From: Chloroflexota bacterium
GTDB taxonomy: Bacteria; Chloroflexota; Dehalococcoidia; Dehalococcoidales; SURF-40
Direction: 5' to 3'
Length of the DNA stretch: 59,056 nucleotides
Assembly: GCA_043803245.1 (NCBI GenBank)
Contig: JAZDKE010000069.1
Coordinates: 1 to 59,056 of the forward strand
How positions within the stretch are numbered: position 1 is the stretch's first letter; the number at the start of each line of letters is the position of its first letter. Below are positions 1 to 9,034 of this stretch, piece after piece. The position numbers and the translations under genes were made by a program. Below the pieces are notes generated by a model. It had not been told where the DNA came from. It saw nothing but the letters and a program-made list of their open reading frames with translations, and made no database searches.

Positions 1-318
1 TATTTTTTCCGGTTCAAGAGTGCGCTCCATGTTCAAACCCTTCTCGGGGCAGATTTCAACACATCGGTTACACGCCACGCATTTGCCATGTTTGAAAAGT
101 AGCCGAAAGCTGTCTTTCTCATCAACCGGGGAAACGGTCAGTGCCCCCGTAGGACACTCCAGAGCGCAGAGACCGCAGCCAGTACATTTTGAAGAGTCCA
201 GCTCCACCTTGCCCAGAGGCGAAAGACGATTTAGCAGCTCCCGGCGAGTCATCTCGGCTCCGGGCTTTGAAGAGCCCCTCTTGAGCTTATTCTGATAAAT
301 CTGGTTTATCTCCCTCAT
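1..318 (-). CDS. 4Fe-4S dicluster ferredoxin-type protein (3' end runs off window)
   Basis: Not in the ORF track; translated by hand from ATG at 318 (ATGA overlap with the NrfD stop): MREINQIYQ...MTRRELLNRLSPLGKVELDSSKCTGCGLCALECPTGAL...HGKCVACNRCVEICPEKGL. Two CxxCxxCxxxCP motifs. Confidence 0.85.
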   Translation of the reverse strand, partial: MREINQIYQNKLKRGSSKPGAEMTRRELLNRLSPLGKVELDSSKCTGCGLCALECPTGALTVSPVDEKDSFRLLFKHGKCVACNRCVEICPEKGLNMERTLEPEKI

Positions 319-1555
319 GATGTCCCACTCGTGGCTGCCGGACCTTCACTCGGCCCGGTGACTCCTTTATCCGCTTCAGCTACCTTCTCAACCGGTTCTT
401 TAGGAGGCAGCAGTTCCAGGTATTTCAAACCCAGGATAAAAAGCAGCCCCAGGAAACAAGCTATTCCCAGCGAGAGGACCATTTCAACCGGCGTAAAGGC
501 AAAAGAACCCAGGGCACCCCACACGCCCTGAATCTCCCCGGGGCGGTAGTAATGGAGGGGATATGCCCCTCCCGGAATCACCAGGTAATACCTCTCGAAA
601 AAGATGCCGATTACCACCGAGGCCGCCGCTATGGCCACCCACCTGACCGACCTGTTTAATTTTGTATTTAACAGGATGGCGAGGGGTATGACCGCTCCCA
701 TGCCTATCTGAAGGCCCCAGAAAATCCAGCTGTAATGGCCCGAAAGCATGAATAAGATTGCTTCCCGGTTCGGTGAGTAAAGGTGCGTCAGCTTGTCAAC
801 GGCGATTAAGATCAGAAGGCCAATGATGAAGGCGACTAACATCCGGCTCAAAGACCTTATCATCTCTTTTTTCACATCCCGTCCGCTGAGCTTCAAGGTG
901 GCGGTCACCACGACTATCAGCAGCGCCAGCCCCGATACCAGAGCCGCCGTGAGAAATTCCAGAGGCTTAATCGGTGATACCCAGGTTTCCCTGGTGGCGA
1001 TGAAACCGAAGATAGCGCCGGTTCCCATGTGGACAAGGACGGCCCAGCAAACCGCCAGTGTACCCACCATCCTGGTAAGCCTCGGCTTGGCGGCGAATAT
1101 CACCCCAGATAAAACAGGCTGATTACGAAATAGCCGCCGTAAAGAATCCCGTTGATGGCAAACATTGACAACATGTTATTCAGGTAGAAGAACATGAAAA
1201 GACGCCAGAACTTCTCCGGCCGGCCCAAATCTATGGCGATTGACAGCATTGCCCCGAATATCAGCACGATGGCCAAAAAGACGGCCATCCTGGCGATGGG
1301 CCGGTACTCTTCTCTCCCGAAAACGTAGGTGAGCGAGGAGAGAATCGGAGAGCCAGCGCTGAGACCTACCAGGAAGATGGCCAGGACAATGGGCATTCCC
1401 CAGGGGACAGTGTTGCTACTGCCGAGCACCTGGTGGCCCTGAATATAGCTGATGATGAAGCTAACGAACCCAGCAAGTGCCAGGACGGCTAAAATCGCTA
1501 CCGCGGCACGATAGCCTTTTGACTTACCATCAAGACTTACAAAACTCGATGCCAC
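315..1555 (-). pseudogene. NrfD/PsrC-family membrane anchor, split by a single-base frameshift at about 1103-1106 (real lesion or sequencing error)
   Basis: 1100..1555 carries the NrfD N-terminus (VPWGMPI, DLGRPEKFW). 315..1103 carries the rest (FERYYLVIPG, many TM helices). The junction reads CTG GGG TGA; one more G in the G4 run gives CTG GGG GTG ATA and fuses the frames. Confidence 0.8.
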
Positions 1556-1564
1556 TCGAAATCC

Positions 1565-2251
1565 TTACCTGGGCAAATAATATACTTTCGGACTGGTGCC
1601 CATGCCTTCGTTCAGCCTGAACCACTGTCCGGCGGCAATCAAATGTGACACCTGGCTATCGGGGTCACCCAGGTCGCCAAAGGCGATGGCGCGCGCCGGA
1701 CAGGCTTCAGCACAGGCGGGGACCACTTCCTCCCCGACCTTTTTGCCCTCCCTGATTGCCTGGTCGATGCGGTGGAAACAGAAGGTGCATTTTTCAACCA
1801 CCCCGTGCACGCGATGAGGGTAAGGCCAGATACCCCGGTCAGCACGGTCTGGAGGCAGGTCAGGGCGGTCATATTCCTTTGCCTCCGGTTCTTTATAGTT
1901 GAAGCTCCTGACTCCGTAGGGACAGGCAACGATACAATATTTGCAGCCGATGCACCGCCGGAAGTTCTGTATCACAATGCCGTCATCACGGTGATAGGTC
2001 GCCCTGGCCGGGCATACCGTGACGCATGGCGCATCATCACAGTGCATACAGGGCATCGGTATCAGGTCGATGCTCAACGTTGGGTATTCGCCGCGACTGA
2101 CCGCAATCACTTTGTGCCAGAAAGGCGTCAGCCGCCGCCGGTGCTCCTCCGGCGAGCCATACGGCACATTGTTTTCTGATTTACAGGCAACGGAGCATGA
2201 CTGGCAGCCGGTGCACTTGCCCAGGTCAATCACCATTCCCCATCTTGCCAT
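1565..2251 (-). CDS. Four-cluster Fe-S subunit of molybdopterin oxidoreductase (ArrB/PsrB/NrfC-like)
   Basis: RWGMVIDLGKCTGCQSCSVACK, CMHCDDAPCVTVCP, CIGCKYCIVACPY, KCTFC...PACAEACP. Confidence 0.92.
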   Translation of the reverse strand: MARWGMVIDLGKCTGCQSCSVACKSENNVPYGSPEEHRRRLTPFWHKVIAVSRGEYPTLSIDLIPMPCMHCDDAPCVTVCPARATYHRDDGIVIQNFRRCIGCKYCIVACPYGVRSFNYKEPEAKEYDRPDLPPDRADRGIWPYPHRVHGVVEKCTFCFHRIDQAIREGKKVGEEVVPACAEACPARAIAFGDLGDPDSQVSHLIAAGQWFRLNEGMGTSPKVYYLPR

Positions 2252-2264
2252 CTAACCAATACCC

Positions 2265-4613
2265 TCAGGCCCGGTAGACTTTGACTCTGGTGTTGAAAAA
2301 GGCGGCCTGTCCGCTCAAGCGGTCGTAGTCTACGCCGATAATTTCATTGGGGTTAACGCCGATACCTTTAGCCCACTCACCATAGGCATAGTGGCCCTGG
2401 CCGCTGGCGACGGCGACCACCCCGGGATGCATCCCTTCGAACACCCTGGCTCTCGCCTTGATTTTGCTGAAGGGCGATTCCACCCAGACCATATCGCCAT
2501 CTCTGATTCCCAGGGTGCGGGCCGTCCGGCTGTTTATCTCGGCAAAATTGTTCCAGCCCTGACCGTGCATAACCAGGTACATTTCCTGCGCCCAGGGATA
2601 GTTCTGACTGCCATTTTCGACACTTAACAATGGCTCGTAAGTTGATAACACCAGGGGATAACGGCTGCCATCACCCAGGAAACGAGCTGTCTCGTAGTGG
2701 GGCAGGTAGGCCAACTCGTCTGCTTTTTGCCCGGTCTTCTTGAAAAGAGCTTCAAGATTGCCGGAACGGAATTCGAATTTCTTTGAAGGGGTGAGGAATC
2801 TCCAGTCGTATCTATAATATTTATAGGCTGGCCCAACCCAGACACCCTGCTCACGGAACCCCTCCCAGGATGCGAGGCCGCCAACGCGGTATTTAACGAA
2901 TCCCTGCGCATCGTCACCAAGGCCCGCAAGGGACTGCCCCACCGTACCACCCGTTCTTCCGGCCAGTTCAAAAATAATGTCGGTTATACTCCTGGTGTTG
3001 TTCAGGGGTTCGACTACCGGCTGTTTTAGCCTCACTTCGGCAAAGCCCGAGCCCGGCGGCGAGTGGTCGTAAGCCCATTGTTCCATAAAAGTGCAGGCCG
3101 GCAGTATGATGTCGGCAAACCGGGCCATCTCGCTCTCAAAAGGAGCGATATGCACATAATAAGGCACTTTCGCTAACGCCGCATCCCAGCGCTCCGTCCC
3201 CGGGGCCGACATGTTGAAGTTGCTGTTAAAACCAACGGCCATCTCGACCGGATAAGGCCTGTCTTCCAGTATGGAGTCGGCTACCTGGTTGGTTACCACC
3301 TGTGCTGCCGGGAAATCGTTTGTTTTCCTCATGTCTAAAACAGGTTCGGCCTTGCCCTCTCTGGCAATGCTATCTTCGACGACGTCCGGCATAGGCCGGT
3401 ACTCCGGGTATTCCTGATAGATTACACCCCCGGGAACGTCGATGCTGCCGATAAGCGCATTCAGGCAGAAAATGGCGTAGCTGGTGTACGAGCCGTTGGG
3501 CCAACTGGTGGCGCCCCGCCCTCGCCAGGCAATCGCCGGCTTGGTCTGGGCAAATTCTCTGGCGAGCTGCCGGATGGTCTCGGCGGGAATGCCGGTTATT
3601 ACCGCGACTGATTCTGGACTATACTTTTTAAGTACCAGCAGCTTGTAATCGCTAAACCCTGCCGTCCAGTTTTCGACGAAGCTGGCATCATAGAGGTTTT
3701 CACTTATTATGACGTTGGCAATTGCCATTGCCAGGGCACCATCGGTGCCGGGATTTATGGGCAGCCACTGGTCAGACCTGAGAGCGGTAACCGAATAGCG
3801 CGGGTCAATGACCACCACCTTCGCCCGGTTCGGTCTTTCGCGCCGAATCTTGCCCCACATCCTGAGACTGCGGGATAGCGGCTTGTATGATTCCAGTATG
3901 CCCACCCCGAAAGCCAGAATGTAGTTGGTGCGGGCAAGGTCATAGGCACTCTGGGTATAATTACCATCCGCCAGCCACTCGCCGGCCTTATCCGCCTCAT
4001 TATCGAGGCCATCCCCGGAAATAACATTGGGAGTACCGTAAGCATCGGCAAAACGGCGGATGATATCCTGGTCACTGATAGTGTTAAGTCCATCAAGTAA
4101 CAGCAGCCGGTGAGGTTGCCCCTTCCCTCTGAGGGCTTTCAGGCGCTCACTGACCTCATCCAGGGCCTGTTCCCAGGATATGGGAACCCACTTTGGGTCT
4201 ATCCCTCTGCCCTTGGCGGAATTTGCCCGCTTCAAAGGGGTGGTAAGCCGCCCCGGGTCATAGAGCACTTGAAGGCCAACGTGGGCGCGGGCGCAGTTTT
4301 CGCCCTCGGCGACCCGGGACAAGGGGTTACCGGCTACCTTCACCGCTTTGCCATTCACTACTCGCACTCTGGTAGCACAGCGGGTAGCGCAATTCAGACA
4401 GGAAGTGGGGACCCACTTCTCGGTAATAACGCCTTCATTCCTGGAAAGCTCAACCGGGGGAGGTTCAATTGAGGGGAAGGTAGCCGCGAGCGCGTATTTT
4501 TTGAAAACATAGCTCGCGGCAACCGATGCTCCGGCAAGACCCGATAATTTGATGAAGGTCCTGCGGCTTGCGCCGAAGCGACTGGTTTTGCTTTGGTTAC
4601 CTGACTTACTAAT
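2265..4613 (-). CDS. Tat-exported Mo/W-bisPGD oxidoreductase catalytic subunit, ArrA/ArxA-like; probable ATT start
   Basis: The ORF-track frame stays open 82 codons upstream of GTG 4367 and contains Tat motif SRRTFIK and FS0 motif CLNCATRC-x27-C. YDPGRLTTPLKRANSAKGRGIDPKWVPISW resembles ArrA. C-terminal bisPGD domain present. The best start candidate upstream of the Tat motif is ATT at 4613, 7 nt after GAGGG. Confidence 0.85.
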   Translation of the reverse strand: MSKSGNQSKTSRFGASRRTFIKLSGLAGASVAASYVFKKYALAATFPSIEPPPVELSRNEGVITEKWVPTSCLNCATRCATRVRVVNGKAVKVAGNPLSRVAEGENCARAHVGLQVLYDPGRLTTPLKRANSAKGRGIDPKWVPISWEQALDEVSERLKALRGKGQPHRLLLLDGLNTISDQDIIRRFADAYGTPNVISGDGLDNEADKAGEWLADGNYTQSAYDLARTNYILAFGVGILESYKPLSRSLRMWGKIRRERPNRAKVVVIDPRYSVTALRSDQWLPINPGTDGALAMAIANVIISENLYDASFVENWTAGFSDYKLLVLKKYSPESVAVITGIPAETIRQLAREFAQTKPAIAWRGRGATSWPNGSYTSYAIFCLNALIGSIDVPGGVIYQEYPEYRPMPDVVEDSIAREGKAEPVLDMRKTNDFPAAQVVTNQVADSILEDRPYPVEMAVGFNSNFNMSAPGTERWDAALAKVPYYVHIAPFESEMARFADIILPACTFMEQWAYDHSPPGSGFAEVRLKQPVVEPLNNTRSITDIIFELAGRTGGTVGQSLAGLGDDAQGFVKYRVGGLASWEGFREQGVWVGPAYKYYRYDWRFLTPSKKFEFRSGNLEALFKKTGQKADELAYLPHYETARFLGDGSRYPLVLSTYEPLLSVENGSQNYPWAQEMYLVMHGQGWNNFAEINSRTARTLGIRDGDMVWVESPFSKIKARARVFEGMHPGVVAVASGQGHYAYGEWAKGIGVNPNEIIGVDYDRLSGQAAFFNTRVKVYRA

Positions 4614-4776
4614 CTCCGGTCCCTCGTATCAGGCCATTCGCACTTCTAACCGCAGGCAAGGGTTCGTGCTTGCAGTGTTAGCTGCCCGGTATTGATAACG
4701 ATGTGGGAAGGTTATGAGGTTCTTTCTGACCAGTCTAACCGGCCAGAAGAGTGTCCTTTCTTTTTAACCCAGAGAT

Positions 4777-4805
4777 ATAATACATTAAGGCGGGACAAAT
4801 AACAA
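4777..4805 (-). promoter_or_regulatory. Putative sigma70 promoter of the molybdoenzyme operon
   Basis: Minus strand TTGTTA-N17-TATTAT. Confidence 0.4.
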
Positions 4806-4966
4806 GAGGCGGTATTGCCCGGCGTGCTTAAAAAAGCCGCAAATATAAGTACGGGTCGTTTGGAATTAGGAATAAATTCCGACGGGAGACTGGCTGACAT
4901 TCCGGGATATCAAATACCGCGAGGCTGATGTATAATAAGGCAGCACACTAACGTTCCCGCTGAAGG

Positions 4967-5719
4967 ATGGCTATGGTCTGGGTCTACACGATGGCCAGCG
5001 TCATATTTGTCAGTCTCCTGTCGCTGGTGGGCATATTATTTCTGCTAACTGACCGGGCCAGGCTGCGACGAATGCTGCCTTTCCTGGTCAGCTTCGCCAT
5101 CGGGGCGCTGGCCGGTGACGCTTTCATTCACCTCATTCCCCAGGCTTTTGCCGAGCTGGGACCGGGACTTTCCACTTCGCTGCTCATCCTCCTGGGGATG
5201 GTCATCTTCTTCAGCGTGGAGAGGTTCATCCGCTGGCGCCACTGTCATATTCCTCCCTCCGAGCACCACGTGCACCCGGTAGCCACCCTGAATATCGTCG
5301 GCGACGGGGTTCACAATTTCATTGACGGCATCATCATCGGGGCCAGCTACCTGGTCAGCTTTCCTATCGGGCTGACGACCACCATCGCGGTCGTATTGCA
5401 CGAAATACCGCAGGAAATCGGCGACTTCAGCATTCTCATCCACGCCGGTCTCAGCGTCAGGAAAAGCCTGCTGTTCAATTTTGCCACCGCGCTCACGGCC
5501 ATCCTGGGGGCGCTGCTGGCGCTCACCATCGGGCCGCATCTCGAGCAATTTTCCCTGGTGATGCTGCCGGTCACCGCGGGCGGGTTTATCTACATCGCCG
5601 CCTCCGACCTCATCCCCGAAGTCCAGGAGACCTGCGGCGGCGCGGGCGTCACTTTCGTCCATATCCTGGCGATGGGATTCGGTATCGGACTTATGTCAGC
5701 GCTGGTGCTGATTGAGTAA
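4967..5719 (+). CDS. ZIP-family (ZupT-like) metal transporter
   Basis: GDGVHNFIDG and LHEIPQEIGDF motifs, His-rich loop (HCHIPPSEHHVH), multiple TM helices. Confidence 0.92.
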   Translation: MAMVWVYTMASVIFVSLLSLVGILFLLTDRARLRRMLPFLVSFAIGALAGDAFIHLIPQAFAELGPGLSTSLLILLGMVIFFSVERFIRWRHCHIPPSEHHVHPVATLNIVGDGVHNFIDGIIIGASYLVSFPIGLTTTIAVVLHEIPQEIGDFSILIHAGLSVRKSLLFNFATALTAILGALLALTIGPHLEQFSLVMLPVTAGGFIYIAASDLIPEVQETCGGAGVTFVHILAMGFGIGLMSALVLIE

Positions 5720-5869
5720 CCGCCATTTCGACCTTTCAGCCCGGTTTTTAACGCTGGCCGCGGGGTATGGACAAAGAAGGGTTGATTTGCTAAAGTAAGA
5801 GTCCCATAAAACGTGATACCAGCCGGAAGAAGGCTAAGGTATTAAACCTTACTTTAAGGAGGCAAAAAG

Positions 5870-7027
5870 ATGAAATCACCGCTAAAGCTTGTTTCTACCC
5901 TGGTAATGGTTGCCCTGCTAGCCACCACGATTTTAGCCTGCGGCGGCACCCAAACCCTACCGGTCGAAACACCTCCGACGCCACCCGCCGAAACACCGCC
6001 GATAACGACGCCAACCACGGCACAAAACGGAACCCCACCCGCGGAAACACCGGCGCCACCGCCAACCACGGCAGAAAACGGAACACCACCAGCGCCACAA
6101 TATTCTTATGAAGCCGAAATATTCGGCGAGAAGATTAATATTGCCACTGACAGTAGAGGCGCAATGCTCGAACCCTTCGAGAGAACATCGCCGGACGGAG
6201 TCGTTACCATAAAATTCGAGGCCGGCACCAAAATCACCGGCAGTAACTTCGCACCGGTCAAAACGCTCTCCGCCAAAATTAACTCGAACCCGGTACAGCC
6301 GGCTGATGGCCCGAAAATCATCGGCCCGACCGTCACCTTCCTCCCCAACTCGGCCAGCATTTACCCGCCGATGACCTACCAGTTCAACTATGCCGGCTTC
6401 GAGACCCAGATTGCCGAGGTGCCCAACGCCCAGCTGGTGCTGGGTTTCCTGCTCAGCACGGGCAGCTGGGCCACCTTTTTTGATTCCCAGGTGGACACCA
6501 CCAACAAGGTTGCGACCGTAAAAATCGTAAGTTTCACCACAGACTACACCGTCGCCCTGTTGGCGCAGACGCCAAAGGAGATAGTGAAAGCCACCGAAGG
6601 GCCTAAGAACGGCATCGATGCCAGCATCGTTTCAATAAGCGAGCTTGGCGCCAGTGAAACGGCGAAGCTGACCATCAAGACGGTGCCCAATGCCCGCGTA
6701 ATGATATGGGTTGTTCAACCCCAGACCAACACCCGTAGCACGCGCCCCAGTGACCGCATCAAAATCGCCGACGCTGAAGGTATAGTCACCTGGGAGTGGA
6801 CACTACACTACCAGGTGGCAAGGGGTGAGGGCCGCATCGAGATTTACGTCACTACCAGCACCGACACGGCCTTCCTGACCGCTTTTAATAATAACACGCT
6901 TAACACCCTTTTCCCCGACCGGGCGACCGATATCGAAAACTTCAAGAAAGGCCTGATTGAACTGCTCGAACTCGACGACCACACCACGCTGAAGATGTTC
7001 ACGATAACCGTTGTACGAGGCTTGTAA
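5870..7027 (+). CDS. Predicted lipoprotein with Pro/Thr-rich linker, function unknown
   Basis: SD AAGGAGG; signal peptide ending ILA-C (lipobox); PT-rich repeat followed by beta-strand-like domains. Confidence 0.75.
   Translation: MKSPLKLVSTLVMVALLATTILACGGTQTLPVETPPTPPAETPPITTPTTAQNGTPPAETPAPPPTTAENGTPPAPQYSYEAEIFGEKINIATDSRGAMLEPFERTSPDGVVTIKFEAGTKITGSNFAPVKTLSAKINSNPVQPADGPKIIGPTVTFLPNSASIYPPMTYQFNYAGFETQIAEVPNAQLVLGFLLSTGSWATFFDSQVDTTNKVATVKIVSFTTDYTVALLAQTPKEIVKATEGPKNGIDASIVSISELGASETAKLTIKTVPNARVMIWVVQPQTNTRSTRPSDRIKIADAEGIVTWEWTLHYQVARGEGRIEIYVTTSTDTAFLTAFNNNTLNTLFPDRATDIENFKKGLIELLELDDHTTLKMFTITVVRGL
5981..6093 (+). repeat. Imperfect tandem repeat of about 51-54 bp encoding PPAETP...PTTA(Q/E)NGTPPA
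   Basis: gccaaccacggca(c/g)aaaacggaac at 6010 and 6061; ccacccgc(c/g)gaaacaccg at 5981 and 6035. Confidence 0.75.
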
Positions 7028-7069
7028 CCGGGAAATTCCCGAAAAGACTTACAAGACAGCCGCACTGAG

Positions 7070-7104
7070 ACCCGCGGGGTGGGGTTTTCCCCCGCTCTGC
7101 GGGT
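7070..7104 (+). terminator. GC-rich stem-loop after the lipoprotein gene
   Basis: ACCCGCGGGGTGGGG-TTTT-CCCCCGCTCTGCGGGT; no immediate U tract. Confidence 0.45.
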
Positions 7105-7162
7105 GGCACCAGTCGCAAAACGCGATTGCGGGTGATGTTTTTTTGAAAAGGGGACCCAACCG

Positions 7163-7345
7163 ATAAAAAGAGAGTTGGTTGACATCCTGGTCTGCCCGGT
7201 GTGCAAGGGCAAGCTGGAACTTACCGTAGATGAAAAAAACGAGCGGGAAATCATCAGGGGCTGCCTAACCTGCCCTGATTGCCGGGTGAAATACCCCATC
7301 GCCGACACCATCCCCAACCTGCTGCCCCTCGACCGGCGGGACTAG
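7163..7345 (+). CDS. Trm112-like (methyltransferase activator) protein; probable ATA start
   Basis: Not in the ORF track; hand translation (I/M)KRELVDILVCPVCKGKLELTVDEKNEREIIRGCLTCPDCRVKYPIADTIPNLLPLDRRD*. Typical DILxCPxCKG...YPIxDxIPxLL pattern; SD AAGGGG upstream. Confidence 0.85.
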   Translation: MKRELVDILVCPVCKGKLELTVDEKNEREIIRGCLTCPDCRVKYPIADTIPNLLPLDRRD

Positions 7346-7713
7346 TCCGGGCGGTAGGTGATGCGGCTCTGGGGAGACTCCCAGACCTCGATGGTGGTGA
7401 GCTTTACCGGGTCTTTCCCAATTCTGGCGCTTAGCTCCCGGTGGATGGTGGCGGCAATATTCTCCGAAGAGGGGTTTATCTTATCAAAGGGCGGGGCATC
7501 GTTCAAGCAGGTGTGGTCAAAGCGGTCAACTATTTCTCCCAGGTGCTGCTTTAACCTGGTGAAATCATAGGCCAGCCCGATTTCATCCAGGGCTAATGCC
7601 TCGACGGTCGCCGCCACCCGAAAACGGTGGCCGTGCAGCGCTTCGCACTTGCCACGGTAACCTCTCAAGTAGTGGGCGGCGTCAAAATCCAGCTCCACCG
7701 ACACCTGGTACAT
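7342..7713 (-). CDS. queD: 6-carboxytetrahydropterin / 6-pyruvoyl-tetrahydropterin synthase (PTPS-I/III type)
   Basis: FDAAHYL, CEALHGH, FDHTCLND, NPSSENIA, EVWES motifs. Confidence 0.92.
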   Translation of the reverse strand: MYQVSVELDFDAAHYLRGYRGKCEALHGHRFRVAATVEALALDEIGLAYDFTRLKQHLGEIVDRFDHTCLNDAPPFDKINPSSENIAATIHRELSARIGKDPVKLTTIEVWESPQSRITYRPD

Positions 7714-8216
7714 CAGGCCCCACCGGTTTTGAGCTTTGAGACGCCCCCAACCCCACCGGCGGCCCCGAGCAATTCCTTGACCGTCTTCTTGAGCACGGGA
7801 TGCACCAGCCCCGGCGCAAGCTCGGCCAGCGGCACCAGGACAAAAGCCCGCTCCGCCAGCCTCTTGTGAGGAATAATCAGCTCCGGGGTATCCATTACCT
7901 GGTCACCGAATAAGAGGAGGTCAATGTCTATGGTACGGGGCTCGCCGGAGCCGCCGGTCCGGCCCAGCTTGAGTTCGATATTCTTAGCCACCACCAGCAG
8001 GTCTTTCGGCGATAGGCGGGTGAAGGCCTGGACAACCTGGTTGAGAAAACGCGGCTGGTTCACCTTGCCCTCCGGTTCCGTCTCATAAACCGAGGATACG
8101 ACACCAAGCCGTAGCCGCTGTGACAGGAAGTCCACCGCCCGGCTCAGGTTACTTTCGCGGTCTCCCAAATTGGTACCCAGACCAAGGTAAACGGTAGCTA
8201 TTTCGCTGTTTAACAT
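7713..8216 (-). CDS. folK: 2-amino-4-hydroxy-6-hydroxymethyldihydropteridine pyrophosphokinase
   Basis: YLGLGTNLGDR, SSVYETEP, PRTIDIDLL, IPHxRLxERAFVLVPL. Confidence 0.95.
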   Translation of the reverse strand: MLNSEIATVYLGLGTNLGDRESNLSRAVDFLSQRLRLGVVSSVYETEPEGKVNQPRFLNQVVQAFTRLSPKDLLVVAKNIELKLGRTGGSGEPRTIDIDLLLFGDQVMDTPELIIPHKRLAERAFVLVPLAELAPGLVHPVLKKTVKELLGAAGGVGGVSKLKTGGA

Positions 8217-8281
8217 ACGCTACGTTCTTTGCAGGAAAATTACCCCATTTTAGCACGCCTGCCAGTGATTGGCAACGACCA

Positions 8282-9034
8282 TTAGAACAGGCTCAGGTAC
8301 CATCCGGTGATATTTTGCCCCCAGAGCAACATGACTGCGGTGGCAACCGCAAGGAAGGGGACGAACCCCATCACTTTAACTTTTCCCCGTTCCTTTGGCC
8401 CCGCCAGCCACCGCCAGCCGACCACCAGACCCGCGGCGGCAACCCCAATCAGCAGGGTTACCAGCCCTTCCGGGAAACCGAGCGCAAGGCCCACCAGACC
8501 CGCCATCTTAACGTCACCCCAGCCGGCGCTGCCCCGACCAAGACCCAGGGGCGCCATCACCAGCAGCCCCACGCCGACACCGACGAGGCCGTTCAGCAAC
8601 CCCGGGTCGCGGCCCAAGACGTTAATGAGCAGGATAACCACCGCCGCAGGATAAATCACCCTGCCCGGGAGGCTCCTTCGCTCCAGAGCGATAACCAGGA
8701 TAACCGTAAGCAGCGACCAATAAAAACAGGTTACGGCCAGCTCAAGGCTAAGGCCATAACGCGCCAGCAGAAGCACGAAGCCCGCCGCCGTCCCCAGTTC
8801 CACCCAGAGGATGCGCCGGGGAATCGGCGCCCGGCAGTGACGGCAGCGTCCCCCAAGCCCGAGGTAACTCGCCACCGGCACCAGGTCCCAGGCACGTAAA
8901 CGCTGGCCGCAGGCGGGGCAATGGGAAGGTGGGAACGCCAGGGACTGCTTTAGAGGTAAACGGTCAATGACGACGTTGAGAAAGCTGCCGATGGCCGCTC
9001 CCATTAAACCAAGGACCAGGTAGAAATACACCAT
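8282..9034 (-). CDS. pilD: Prepilin peptidase (A24)
   Basis: GSFLNVVIDRLP, SHCPAC...GRCRHC, GWGDVKM. The first catalytic xD position reads ALE. ATG at 9034. Confidence 0.88.
   Translation of the reverse strand: MVYFYLVLGLMGAAIGSFLNVVIDRLPLKQSLAFPPSHCPACGQRLRAWDLVPVASYLGLGGRCRHCRAPIPRRILWVELGTAAGFVLLLARYGLSLELAVTCFYWSLLTVILVIALERRSLPGRVIYPAAVVILLINVLGRDPGLLNGLVGVGVGLLVMAPLGLGRGSAGWGDVKMAGLVGLALGFPEGLVTLLIGVAAAGLVVGWRWLAGPKERGKVKVMGFVPFLAVATAVMLLWGQNITGWYLSLF

Noticed and set aside
1100-1102. TGA in the NrfD gene as selenocysteine
   Set aside because: Similarity continues in a different frame, so this is a frameshift, not read-through.
2265-4613. Calling the enzyme a true arrA or arxA
   Set aside because: The diagnostic RGRY/GRGWG motifs and the catalytic Cys are not present.
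5981-6093. Spaced repeats as a possible CRISPR array
   Set aside because: Only two imperfect in-frame coding copies; no unique spacers or cas genes.
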